A DNA stretch of 64,000 nucleotides from Octopus vulgaris (GCA_951406725.2 OX597833.1:12958001-13022000), one strand, 5' to 3'; shown: positions 11,498 to 24,745, counted from the stretch's first letter. Numbers and translations: made by a program. Notes: generated by a model from the letters alone, not told the origin.

Positions 11498-12139
11498 GGA
11501 TCTTTTCGGTTTGAACGGCAGTTTTTAACATAATTTCTAGGTAACTAAAAAATTTTTAACTTCGTATACTGGTAGAATGTGTTTATAAAACATCTTTTTC
11601 TCTTGGCTTTATTGAGAAACCAATTGCAGCGTGGAAGGTGTTTATAAGCCATTTAAGGTGTTTATAAGCCATTTAAGAAACACTTAAGTGTTTCTTAAAT
11701 GGCTTATAAACACCTTCCACGCTGCAATTGTTATCGTTTCAGCACACGATCTCAGATCAAATTACTTGCTATGCGAGTACATCTCCGTAATTTATTGAGA
11801 AAATTCTATAGTTTGTAAGATATTTGTTGTTTTTTTTCTTCAATTTCTGCAATTTCAACCAATCAGTGACGTCTGTTGAGTTAAAAAGCATTCTGTGCCG
11901 TATGAATATGTCCCTCGTTTAAGAAACAGATTGGGTTTATTTACATTTGTGAAGAAAAAAAAGATACCCTTCCTCCACCCCTAACCCTAACCCTAACCCT
12001 AACTAACCCTAACTAACCCTAAATAACCCTAACCCTAAAAGAGATTAAAATGCAATAGATCGATTCTAGGGTCATAATTATGGGTGACAATTTCATATGA
12101 CACCGCTAGAAAAAACTGCCGTTCAAACCGAAAAGATCC
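11498..12139. mobile_element. MITE copy 1 (GG-terminated TIRs, 8-bp TSD, internal telomeric repeats)
   Basis: TIR GGATCTTTTCGGTTTGAACGGCAGTTTTT at both ends; TSD AATTGCTG at 11490-11497 and 12140-12147; (CCCTAA)n at about 11978-12037; inserted in an old family A-like SINE. Confidence 0.93.
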
Positions 12140-12212
12140 AATTGCTGGCCTTGTGCCAGAATTGGAAACTAATACGTGTGACTTTGTGCCGAACGGAGCA
12201 ACCAATTAAATC

Positions 12213-12359
12213 AATCATAGGAAAACTGCGGCTCGCGGGACTTTCTGAATAGCACGCTTAATGAAAAATTACCGCGAATATTTTAGTAGCTCGGCCCGCC
12301 TGATATCGAGCCATATCTCATGCGACCCGCTTCTCAGAAAAAAGTTGTCCATACCTCAG
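12213..12359. mobile_element. decayed short hAT/Charlie-like MITE
   Basis: Left AAACTGCGGCTCGCGGG and right GCGACCCGC..AAAAAAGTTGTCCATACCT resemble Charlie-type subterminal motifs and TIR. Confidence 0.45.
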
Positions 12360-12767
12360 TTAAATAACGGGCTTACTCTTTATTGGGACTAATTTACAAC
12401 GGTTGACTGATCCAGTGAAAGCTGTATACGAAATTTGAACCTGTGGTATGAAACTTGAACCTGTGGTATGAAACTTGAACCTTCATTCAGACGTTCGACA
12501 TCTCAGCGACAGCAGATAGTTGCGACTTTGCTGAGGAAACATTTTTCTTTGTAGTATATATATATATATTATTATTCTTATGTTATTTATTCTGCTTCGA
12601 AGAAGATCCGGTGAATGCAGAACAATTAATCTAAAATTGTGAAGCAGACAACAGTTTAAAGCTAATAAATCCAATCAGATAGAGAAGTAGATAGGTAGGT
12701 AGGTAAGTTATTAATTAGATAGGCAGGTAAGTTGGTAGATAGGTAAGTAAGTAGATAGATATGTAAT

Positions 12768-12842
<75 letters not shown>

Positions 12843-12905
12843 GTAAATAGGTAAACAGAAAGGTACATAGGTAAATTGGCAGAAAATTAGACAGATAGAT
12901 AGATC

Positions 12906-12956
<51 letters not shown>

Positions 12957-14745
12957 CGAGATAGAGAGAGAGAGAGAGAGAGGGAGAGAGAGGGAGAGAG
13001 AGGGAGAGAGAGAAGGAGAGAGAGAAGGAGAGAGAGGGAGAGAGAGATAGGTAAACAGGAAGGTAGATAGGGAAATAAGTAGAAAATTAGACAGATAGAT
13101 AGATCGATATATATATATATATATATATATAGCGAGGGAGAGAGAGAGAGAGAGAGAGAGAGGTAAACATGAAGGTAGATAGGGAAATAGGTAGAAAAGT
13201 AGACAGATAGATTAGATAGACACATCAGATGGAGAAATAGATAGATACATAAATAAGGAGAGAAAGGAGGAGCGAAAGATAGACAGAAGGACGAGCAGAC
13301 AGACTGAAAGACCGACAGACAAATTCAGTTGTAAAATTCCGGAAATGCAATTATGTTGAGATCTGAAGCAAACGTAGAAACATGTGATGCCAGAGAAGAG
13401 AGGAAGATTGGGAATTTGGATGAGGAAATGGAAAGAAGTCGAATGAAGAGGAAAGATTGTTGAAACTAGGCAGGAGGGCACAGTCGGTTGTTGCGATTGC
13501 TAATTTGAATATGAATGTGAGGAGAGTTAGGAGGAAGGGAGCTAAACGAAGAAGGTGAAAGATGTAGAGAGTGAAAATTGGTGTTGGAGAGAGTTTGTTA
13601 GAGATTAAAAGAGAAAGGTAATATGAGGGAGAGAGGCGGTGGGGTACAAATGCCGATAAAAGTGAGATACGGATTGAAGGAGAAAATGAGAGAGAGGCAG
13701 AAAGAAGTTTTGTAGAGCAAATTTAGGAAGGGAAAGAGAGAGAGAAGGAAAGAATTATAGTGGGAAGATAAAGGAGGGAAAAAAGACAATAAAAGTGTGA
13801 AGACGTAGATCAGAGAACGACATGGAGGTAGAGAAATTAAGACACGTAGATAAGTGTTTGTGGAAGTTATTTCTTCAGAGGCATAATACCAAGTGAAAAT
13901 TTGATGAACATTGATACAATTGTTTCATTTTGTTGTATAGGCTTTTATTTTCATTTTTGTCTTTTGAATTTCACTGAATTTTGTTTCAGTGTTGTTCCGT
14001 TACATTTCCCCATTATTCTTTGTTTGGTTCGGGCTCCAGTTTAGTTTCGCTTTTTTGCTTTTTTATACATTTCTATATTTAGCGATTTCTTTTTCTTTTT
14101 TTTAATTTCGTTTCGTTTTGTTTCGTTTTTTTTTTGCTTTGTTTCGTATTTCGGAACAATAAATAAATTGCAATGATAAATGGAGAATTTCAAATTCGTA
14201 TGTTAATTTGTCAAAAAGAAACAATATAATAGATCGGCTGCAAACACAGTAGAACAGAAATGAAAGAAAAATAAGAGAAGAAAGATATAAGATGAACGAG
14301 TAAATGAGTAAATGGATGGTTTAATGAAAATACATGTAAATGAAGCGACGGTAAATGTTATCGGTTGGGAAAGAGATTAACAATTATCATTTTCCATTGA
14401 GAACGAAGTCCTTGGAAAAACTATGCCTCTAAATATACGTCTTTATCTTTCTCTATTTCCCTACTTAGCACTATCATTGCTTCTCTCTGAACTTTTGTTC
14501 TCTTTCTGATACATCTATATTCCCTTCGTTTTTTCTTTCTTTTCCACTTTCTGTCTTTAAAAACTTTGTAACACCTCACGTGCACTACCTTTTCCTCTTC
14601 CTTTTTTTTTTTGTTCATGTTCTGCCTCCACCGCCGCCACCATCTCAGTTGCTCTCTCCACCCCCACCCCCACCCCACCTGATTTTTCAACAATCTACTT
14701 TCATTTTGTTCTTTCATTTGTCTTTTTTATTTATTTATTTATCTA

Positions 14746-14940
14746 TTTTACTCTTTTACTTGTTTCAGTCATTTGACTGTGGCCATGCTGGAGCACCGCC
14801 ATTAGTCGAGCAAATCGACACCAGGACTTATTCTTTGTAAACCTAGTACTTATTCTGTCGGACACATTTTTGCCGAACCGCTAGGTTACGGAGACGTAAA
14901 CACACCAGCATCGGTTATCAAGTGATGTTTGGGGGGACAA

Positions 14941-15010
<70 letters not shown>

Positions 15011-15172
15011 GACGAGCTTCTTTCATTTTCCGTCTACCAAATCCACTCACAAGGCTTTGGTCGGCCCGAGGCTATAGTAGAAGACACTTGCCCAAGGTGC
15101 CACGCAGTGGGACTGAACCCGGAACCATGTGGTTAGTAAGCAAGCTACTTACCACACAGCAACTCCTGCGCC
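14746..15172 (-). mobile_element. SINE family B, full length
   Basis: Head, internal (CA)/(TA) tract and tail all present. Confidence 0.9.
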
Positions 15173-15406
15173 TATTTGTTTATCTTTCTCTTTGTGGCTT
15201 TCAGTCTTTCGGGATTTCGAGTAAATACGAAAAATAGCTGATAGACTTCTGTCTAAATGGGAAACGGTTGCCTTAAGAAACACAAGCGAACGTAATGATA
15301 AAGCTACCTCTATTAAGTTCGTCATTTTCTGTTGATAAAATGCTGTGTGCAATATCTTCCGCGAAGACGGCCATATTTAAACTTCGAAGGTCCTTATTGG
15401 CATCTT

Positions 15407-15850
15407 GGATCTTTTCGGTTTGAACGGCATTTTTTAATATAATTTCTAGGTAACTAAAAAATTTTAAACTTCGTATACTGGTAGAATGTGTTTATAAAAC
15501 ATCTCTTGGCTTTATTAAGAAAATTCTATGGTTTGTAAGATATTTGTTGTTGTTTTTCTCCAATTTCTGCAATTTCAACCAATTACTGACGTCTATTGAG
15601 GTAAAAAAAAAAAAACGTTCTGTGCCGTATGAATATGTCCCTCGTTTAAGAAACAGATTAGGGTTATTTACATTTGTGAAGAAAAAAAGATACCCTTCTC
15701 CCACCCCTAACCCTAACCTTAACCCTAACCCTAACTAACACTAAATCTAAAACAGATTGAAATGCAATAGATCGATACTAGGGTCATAATTATGGGTGAT
15801 AATTTCATATGACTCGCTAGAAAAAACTGCCGTTCAAACCGAAAAGATCT
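15407..15850. mobile_element. MITE copy 2 (basic 444-bp form)
   Basis: Same TIRs as copy 1; TSD GGCATCTT at 15399-15406 and 15851-15858; (CCCTAA)n at about 15705-15740. Confidence 0.93.
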
Positions 15851-16045
15851 GGCATCTTTGATAACTTTGGCTAGATCTGGAACCTTTGTTCTCTTTCAAA
15901 CGGAATAAAGAAAACTAGATGCTTATTTTATTTATGTTTATTTATTTTCTCTAAGATGGACAAAGTCTATATATTTCTCTGGGCTTTCTAGACTGGCGAG
16001 GGCTACGCGATTAATGTTTAAACTTAACGTCTATAGGTTAATACA

Positions 16046-16414
16046 GTGGAGGCGCAATGGCCCAGTGGTTAGGGCAGCGGACTCGCGGTTTCGATTCCCA
16101 GACCGGGCGTTGTGAGTGTTTATTGAGCAAAAACACCTAAAGCTCCATGAGGCTCCGGCAGGGGATAGTAGGGATCCCTGTTGTACTCTTTCACCACAAC
16201 TTCTCTCACTCTTACTTCCTGTTTCTGTTGTACCTGTATTTCAAAGGGCCAGTCCTGTCACTCTCCGTGTCAAGCTGAATATCCCCGAGAACTACGTTAA
16301 GGGTACACGTGTCTGTGGAGTGCTCAGCCACTTACACGTTAATTTCACGAGCAGGCTGTTCCGTTGATTCGGATCAACCGGAACCCTCGTCGTCGTAACC
16401 GACGGAGCGCTTCC
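16046..16414 (+). mobile_element. SINE family C
   Basis: A-box TGGCCCAGTGG, B-box GGTTTCGATTCC, tail CCCTCGTCGTCGTAACCGACGGAG; 13-bp TSD ATAGGTTAATACA at 16033-16045 and 16415-16427. Confidence 0.93.
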
Positions 16415-16651
16415 ATAGGTTAATACATGTGAGTGGTTGGTGGTTGGTAATATGGACATTGAGTGATTTCCAGTTAGGAAGGATTAAGAGCGTGTTTAAT
16501 GTAAGGTTTGTTGGGGAGGTATATAAACGAAGTGAGATTAAAGGAGACAGTATACAGTTTACTAGTTTAGAGGAACAAACGCTACTATAGCAACGGTAGT
16601 GGAGAGAAAAAGACAGAGACAGAGATAGATAGACATATATATATATATATA

Positions 16652-17047
16652 TCTTTTACTTGTTTCAGTCCTTTGACTGCGGCCATGCTGGAGCACCGCC
16701 ATTAGTCGAGCAAATCGACCCCGGGACTTATTCTTTGTAAGCCCAGTGCTTATTCTTTCGGTCTCTTTTGCCGAAGCGCTAAGTGACGGCGACGTAAACA
16801 CACCAACATCGGTTGTCAAGCAATGCTAGGGGGACAAACACAGACACACAAACATGCACACACACATACATATATATACATATATACGACGAGCTTCTTT
16901 CAGTTTCCGTCTACCAAATCCACTCACAAGGCTTTGGTCGGCCCGAGGCTATAGTAGAAGACACTTGCCCAAGATGGCTCGCAGTGGGACTGAAGCCGGA
17001 ACCATGTGATTGGTAAGCAAGCTACTTACCACACAGCCACTCCTGCG

Positions 17048-17051
<4 letters not shown>
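16652..17051 (-). mobile_element. SINE family B, full length
   Basis: Same architecture as the other B copies. Confidence 0.9.
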
Positions 17052-17128
<77 letters not shown>

Positions 17129-17176
17129 GAAGTTTGAAAACACCACTATATAAGATAAATTTTAATTTTCTGAGAG

Positions 17177-17224
17177 ATGTTACATGTTTCGGTTCTTCAT
17201 GAAAAAACGAACCTTATCAAAAAT
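17177..17224 (-). ncRNA. minimal hammerhead ribozyme-like motif, U3:A8 core variant
   Basis: UUGAUAA-GGUUC..GAACC-GAAA-CAUG-UA; palindromic stem III ACAUGU; stem I weak (3 of 4 pairs). Confidence 0.55.
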
Positions 17225-17302
17225 ATTTTTAAAAGTTAAGTGTAATAAAAAAGTTCATAATTGTTTCTTAATAGTCTCAATAGAGTCTACGTGGTGGTGT
17301 TT

Positions 17303-17703
<401 letters not shown>

Positions 17704-18015
17704 AATCGCTAGAGTCAGCAGCCAAATCATTCCTAAATTTAACCCTTACTGACTTGAAGGAGAAAAATATTCATTCGATATTGTAATCCTAGATATTAAA
17801 TGCTCAAGAGAACGCCTTTAATCATAAGTCTGCTCAGTCATCGTGAGCCTAGGGCTAAACAACTTGTGTTGGTGTGTGTTGTTAGGATATAATGGGGAAG
17901 CTTGTTGTGATGCGTGTCACGTCTCCTCATGTATTATCTGTGTTGTTTTATAACGATTTCTTTGGCGCTCTTCGGTCTTCTTCAGTTTTATTTGGAAGTA
18001 CGTTAAAGTGTTGCA

Positions 18016-18771
18016 GCCGGGCAAAATGCGCAGCCGTATTTTGTCTGCCGCTACGTTCTGAGTTGAAATTCCGCCGAGGTCGACTTTACCTTTCATCCTT
18101 TCGGGGTCGATTAAATAAGTACCAGTTACGTACTGGGGTCGATATAATCGCCTTAATCCGTTTGCCTATCCTTGTTCGTCCCCTTTATCTTTAGCCCGTT
18201 GTGGGTAGTAAAGAAATAGGTATTTCGTCTGCCGCTACGTTCTGAGTTCAAATTCCGCCGAGGTCGACTTTGCCTTTCATCCTTTCGGGGTCGATTAAAT
18301 AAGTACCAGTTAGGCACTGGGGTCGATATAATCGACTTAATCCGTTTGCCTGTCCTTGTTTGTCCCCTCTGTGTTTAGCCCCTTGTGGGCAGTAAAAAAA
18401 TAGGTATTTCGTCTGCCGCTACGTTCTGAGTTCAAATTCCGCCGAGGTCGACTTTGCCTTTCATCCTTTTGGGGTCGATTAAATAAGTACCAGTTACGCA
18501 CTGAGGTCGATATAATCGACTTAATCCCTTTGTCTGTCCTTGTTCGTCCCCTCTGTGTTTATCCCCTTGTGGGTAGTAAAGAAATAGGTATTTCGTCTGT
18601 CGCTACGTTCTGAGTTCAAATTCCGCCGAGGTCGACTTTGCCTTTCATCCTTTCGTGGTCGATTAAATAAGTACCAGTTACGCACTGGCGTCGATATAAT
18701 CGACTTAATTCCTTTGTCTGTCCTTGTTTGTCCTCTCTGTGTTTAGCCCTTTGTGGGTAGTAAAGAAATAG
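18016..18771 (+). mobile_element. SINE family A tandem array (4 units)
   Basis: Units restart at 18219, 18403 and 18587 (period 184). Confidence 0.93.
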
Positions 18772-20093
18772 GCATTATCTGGAAACGGAGGTGTTTTTGC
18801 TGGGTTTGTATCTTTGGTTCTTGTATCATTGCAAAGTGAATGTTGTTTATGAAATATTTTAGCCTCACGAATACTTAGAACTTAGTACTAAGATCACTTA
18901 GTATCGTATTACAGCATATTCAACTGTTTTGGTTTTATAGTCACCTGTTGTACAATGCTTATCTTGGTTCGATCAGTGTCTTTGTATGGTCTTATGCGTT
19001 TGGGTTTTGGTGTGCTGGTTGTTTTTGTATTATGTGCAATAAGATCTTTATAAGAGTTGTGTATTTTAATAACATGATTCCAGTTTACTGCATGTTATAT
19101 TATTATTTCTTTTTTAGTGAATTGGAGCATGTTTAGGTGAGATTATGTTACTTTGTGCTGCCTGTTTGTATATGTATGAGTTTTGTGCTGTGAGCTCCTG
19201 CCTTTTCAATGTTCCTATCGTCTGCTTTATACTGAATCAGTTTCCGAAATTGTTTTCACGCTTGATAAAGATTTTTGTATTGATCTGCATTTTTTCTATA
19301 TCGACTTTTTATCATTCGACTGATGTTCCAGCTGTTACCAGTCCATCCATGCTTTATATATTGGATATTGTTCTTAGGCTTGCAATTTTAATGTTTTTTC
19401 CGTTGGTTCACCGGGTGGTTTTATGTTGTTGTTGTTGTTGTTGTTTAGAGCCAGATCCGCCCTGATCCTAGAGATCTATGATCAAAGGTATCGTAACAAG
19501 TGGTGTTTGCGTGGTAGCAAGATGGGTAGTAATGGTAGGTGATGGTATTAATAGCAATATTTGTGACAATTCTTATTTTGAGCAGACCTATGATCAAAGA
19601 CATTCCAGCATTAATCTTACTGCTTTTTTTCCCATGGTGTCTTCTTCTTTTAGTCATTTGACTGCGGCCATGCTGGGGCATTGACTTGCAAGATTTAGTC
19701 GAACAAATCGTCCTCAGTAACTATCTTTTGAAGTCTAGTACTTATTCTCTCGCTCTCTTTTGTCGAACCGCTAATGTAGGGGTACTTAAAGAAACGAACA
19801 CCGATTACAAAGCGGCGAGAGGAGGGGTACAAAGACACACGCATACACACACACACACATATATATAAGAAGGGTGATGAGGAAGGTTTAAACGATATCG
19901 TCCAATATGCCACTTATTTCATCTTTATAAGCTGCTTACAAAGGCCATAGTCACTAGGCTATCGAAACACTCGACGACCAATTTCGACAGCAATTTTCTT
20001 CCCCCAATCCCCTGGACTGACCAGTGTTTTGGAAGCGAATTCAGTGGGCAGAGACTGCATAGAGACGTTGTGTATTGGATTATTTTATCAAAT

Positions 20094-20879
20094 GTCTTCT
20101 TCTTCTTCTTCTTCTTCTTCCTTCTTCTTCTTCTTCTTCTTCTTCTTCTTCTTCTTCTTCTTCTTCTTCTTCTTCTTCTTCTTCTCCTTCTTCTTCTTCT
20201 TCTTCTCCTTCTTCTTCTTCTTCTTCTCCTCCTTCTTCTTCTTCTTCTTCTTCTTCTTCTTCTTCTTCTTCTTCTTCTTCTTCTTCTTCTTCTTCTTCTT
20301 CTTCTTCTTCTTCTTCTTCTTCTTCTTCTTCTTCTTCTTCTTCTTCTTCTTCTTCTTCTTCTTCTTCTTCTTCTTCTTCTTCTTCTTCTTCTTCTTCTTC
20401 TTCTTCTCTTCTTCTTTCTTCTTCTTCTTCCTTCTTCTTCTTCTTCTTCTTCTTCTTCTTCTTCTTCTTCTTCTTCTTTTCTTCTTCTTCTTCTTCTTCT
20501 TCTTCTTCTTCTTCTTCTTCTTCTTCTTCTTCTTCTTCTTCTTCTTCTTCTTCTTCTTCTTCTTCTTCTTCTTCTTCTTCTTCTTCTTCTTCTTCTTCTT
20601 CTTCTTCTTCTTCTTCTTCTTTCTTCTTCTTCTTCTTCTTCTTCTTCTTCTTCTTCTTCTTCTTCTTCTTCTTCTTCTTCTTCTTCTTCTTCTTCTTCTT
20701 CTTCTTCTTCTTCTTCTTCTTCTTCTTCTTCTTCTTCTTCTTCTTCTTCTTCTTCTTCTTCTTCTTCTTCTTCTTCTTCTTCTTCTTCTTCTTCTTCTTC
20801 TTCTTCTTCTTCTTCTTCTTCTTCTTCTTCTTCTTCTTCTTCTTCTTCTTCTTCTTCTTCTTCTTCTTCTTCTTCTTCG
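20094..20879. repeat. (TTC/GAA)n microsatellite, about 785 bp
   Basis: Nearly pure TTC tract with a few phase slips. Confidence 0.98.
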
Positions 20880-21146
20880 TTTGCATCATCTGTCAGACAG
20901 AAAGAAAAAAGAGAACGCATTTTTATTATATATAAAAAATTCCCGAACTTTTTATTTGGCAAAAGTCAATTCCTCTCTCTCTGTCTGTCAGTCTGTCTGT
21001 ATGTCAGTCTGTCAGTCTGTCAGTCTGTCTGTCTTTCTATGTCTCTCGTATTTTTCATGGAACAACACACTGGTGAAGGAATTGATGGCGTTAATACCAG
21101 TTGAGTTAGAGTGAAAATAACGTATCAGGAGTAAAAGGTAAGAGTT

Positions 21147-21211
<65 letters not shown>

Positions 21212-21331
21212 AGGTGGAAAAGAGAAAGAAAAAGTGGAGGAAAGAAAGGTAAGAAGAAGCAAACATACGTTACAGACATACCATATAAAGTAACCAACGC
21301 AGATTCAGGTACAAATGCAGACTGACAGGGA

Positions 21332-21402
<71 letters not shown>

Positions 21403-21519
21403 TAATGGGAGAGATAATCAATATACGTAGTGGAGTTTATTCGAAATTGATAATTCTCTTCGATTTTCTTGGTCTATAGATGAGGAAAATCGGGAGTGTA
21501 TTCGGCTATTTTCGACAGA

Positions 21520-22040
21520 GTTCTGCAACCAGACCTGAAATTTGCTCTCTCGATGTTTATTGTGGAACATTAAAGATTTTCTTGGACAATCTATTGCTTA
21601 CCAAAGTCCGTCAATCTGGAGGCATATCTATTACCGTAATGCAGGTAATGCTGCCATATTCCTTCCCGTAGGATACAAAGCACCTTCTGCTTTCATGGCG
21701 TGTCTAGGGTTGAGCAGAAGTGAGGTACCTCTTAGCAAGATTGTCAAGAAATCTGGTACCGGACAAGTTCTTAAGATTTGCCAAATGATTCTATGGGATG
21801 AATGCATAATATAACCCGAAGGAGCTCTAGAAACCCTGGAAAAAGGCTTTGCAGGACTTACATGGCAATGAATGTGACAAAGCAAGAATTTTATCGATGT
21901 TCTTACGCGACCGGTCAGATCCTACCCATAATTTTAGAAAGAACAGAAGCCTATGAAACCAGGGCTTGTCTTAAATCAACATTGCTTGGAACCTAAGTTA
22001 AAATTTTCAAACTACGGAAAGATAAGCGTCAATCTTTTTG
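21520..22040 (+). pseudogene. Helitron Pif1-family helicase remnant (N-terminal motifs)
   Basis: Across frameshifts: LDVYCGTLKIFLDNLLLTKVRQSGG (decayed Walker A), KKSGTGQVLKICQMILWDEC (Walker B), GQILPII..ACLKS. Confidence 0.8.
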
Positions 22041-22104
22041 GAGAATAGCTGTCTTCTTCTTTCGTCAAAGCGAAATGTAAAATATTTTTCTAACATTATC
22101 ATCA

Positions 22105-22510
22105 TAGGCGCAGGAGTGGCTGTGTGGTAAGTAGCTTGCTTACCAACCACATGGTTCCGGGTTCAGTCCCACTGCGTGGCACCTTGGGCAAGTGTCTTCT
22201 ACTATAGCCTCGGGCCGACCAAAGCCTTGTGAGTGGATTTGGTAGACGGAAACTGAAAGAAGCCCGTCGTATATATGTATATATATATATATATATGTTT
22301 GCGTGTCTGTGTTTGTCTCCCTAGCATTGCTTGACAACCGATGCTGGTGTGTTTATGTCCCCGTAACCTAGCGGTTCGGCAAAAGAGACCGATAGAATAA
22401 GTACTGGGCTTGCAAAGAATAAGTCCCGGGGTCGAGTTGCTCGACCAAAGGCGGTGCTCCAGCATGGCAGCAGTCAACTGACTGAAACAAGTAAAAGAGT
22501 AAAAGAGAGA
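22105..22510 (+). mobile_element. SINE family B, full length
   Basis: Complete head to (TAAAAGAG)n tail. Confidence 0.92.
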
Positions 22511-22567
<57 letters not shown>

Positions 22568-23237
22568 TAAATACATACATAATACACACACACACATACG
22601 TTATACTTTTACAAGAAGAGTGATGACAGTGAATCTGAAGTTCCGGTCTGTTAGTCTTTATCGGACTGACATACATTTGAGTTCACCTTCGCGTTACGTA
22701 TTCTCTGGTCAGTTTATTTCTTTCTGGGATAGGTGGAACTATGTTGAACGATAGGTTGTAGAGTAAGTTCTAATGAATGGATATCATAGAAATGTTATAT
22801 TGTTTAAAGTCGAAGTTGTGTTATTGTTCAGAGCTCAGCCATACATGAAAAACTTTGTAATGGGGTCTATTTAAGTGTGTCAGCTTCAGGTTATGGTGTT
22901 GTTTCATTTTTTTTTCTTTTGATTCACAAAAGAATGTAATTAGTTGAAACGGTTAGTTGGTCAGCAAATGTGTGACTAGGTTTAATTGTTGTTGATCTTA
23001 TTTGAACCTCATTTCAGAGATTTGACCTGTCTGTTTTATGAAGGTGGGGAATACTGTTCAGCGTTCAGTCAAGCATGTGAAATACTATGTAATTAAGTTT
23101 ACTGATTTAGGTGTGTCAGTTGTAGCCCATAGTAGACAGATGAGGAAAGGCAATGTCGACATTGACGGAATTTAAACTTGAAATATCCGGAAGAAATGCC
23201 GCTGAACGATTTTGCCAGATCTCACCTGAATAATAAA

Positions 23238-23304
23238 AACAACAACAACAGCAGCAGCAGCAGCAACAACAACAACAATAATAATAATGATGATGATGAT
23301 TATG

Positions 23305-23359
<55 letters not shown>

Positions 23360-23360
23360 A

Positions 23361-23397
<37 letters not shown>

Positions 23398-23439
23398 GTA
23401 ATAATAATGATAATAATAATAATAATAGTAATAATAATG

Positions 23440-23474
<35 letters not shown>

Positions 23475-23501
23475 TATCATAATAATAATAATAATAATAA
23501 T

Positions 23502-23545
<44 letters not shown>

Positions 23546-23577
23546 TAATAATAATAATAATTATAATAATAATAATC
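23238..23577. repeat. (AAC/AGC/GAT/AAT)n compound trinucleotide microsatellite
   Basis: Direct observation. Confidence 0.95.
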
Positions 23578-23988
23578 CTTTCTACTCTAGGCACAATATA
23601 TATATATTGTGTGTGTGTGGGAAATGTGTCTTAGTTTCTGTGTTCTGTGCCTCCCACCACCGTTTGACAACCGGTGTTGGTGTGTTAATATCCTCGTAGC
23701 CTAGTGGTTTTGCAAAAGAGACTGCTGGAATAAGTACCATGCTTTGAAAGAAATGGACTGGACCCGATTCATTCAACTAGGAATTCGTCAAGGCGGTGCC
23801 CCAGCATGGCCGTAGTCTAATGGCTGAAAGACGTAAAAGACAGAGTAAACTGAGTTTATGTATAAAGAACGTACGCGCTTGATCCCTTCACCTATTTCTC
23901 CTTACAACCATAAGAGGGAGTATGAAATACATGCCGAAAGTTCCGTGTGACGGTATCGAACTCACGTCTACGTAGCCGTGGAGTTAAC

Positions 23989-24745
23989 GGATCTTTTCGG
24001 TTTGAACGGCAGTTTTAAAAATAATTTCTAGGTAACTAAAACATTTTAAACTTCGTATACTGGTAGAACGTGTTTATAAAACATCTTTTTCTCTTGGCTT
24101 TATTGCCTTAAGAAACACAAGCGAACGTAATGATAAATCTACCTCTATTAAGTTTGTCATTTACTGTTGATAAAATGCTGTGTGCAATAGCTTCCACGAA
24201 GACGGCCATATTTAAACTTCGAAGGTCCTTATTGGCATCTTGGATCTTTTCGGTTTGAACGGCAGTTTTTAATATAATTTCTAGGTAACTAAAAAATTTT
24301 AAACTTCGTATACTGGTAGAACATGTTTATAAAACATCTTTTTCTCTTGACTTTATTGAGAAAATTCTATAGTTTGTAAGATATTTGTTGTTGTTTTTTC
24401 TTCAATTTCTCCAATTTCAACCAATCAATGACGTTTATTGAGGTGAAAACATTCTGTGCCGTATGAATATGTCCCTCGTTTAAGAAACAGATTGGGTTTA
24501 TTTACATTTGTGAAGAAAAAAAGATACCCTTCTCCCCACCCCTAACCCTAAAAGAGATTGAAATGCAATAGATCGATACTAGGGTCATAATTATGGGTGA
24601 CAATTTCATATGACACCTCTAACCCTAACTAACCCTAACCCTAAACGAGACTGAAATGCAATAGATCGATACTAGGGTTATAATTATGGGTGACAATTTC
24701 ATATGACACCGCTAGAAAAAACTGCTGCCCAAACCGAAAAGATCC
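23989..24745. mobile_element. MITE copy 3, composite with two left ends
   Basis: TSD GAGTTAAC (23981-23988) / GAGTGAAC (24746-24753); second left TIR at 24242; captured DNA at 24103-24241; duplicated subterminal right segment. Confidence 0.9.

Noticed and set aside
11978-12037. (CCCTAA)n as a chromosome end or fusion scar
   Set aside because: Short, and located at the same internal position of a TIR element in three copies.
16046-16110. tRNA genes at SINE heads (also 34334, 42258, 42899)
   Set aside because: A and B boxes are present, but there is no complete cloverleaf and each continues into a SINE body.
18780-19420. Possible decayed LINE endonuclease on the minus strand
   Set aside because: Only isolated short matches (LKIASL, IQEPK); not enough to assign.
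19925-21114. Long ORFs of 269-361 aa (poly-E/R/K/S/L/F)
   Set aside because: Translations of the (TTC)n tract.
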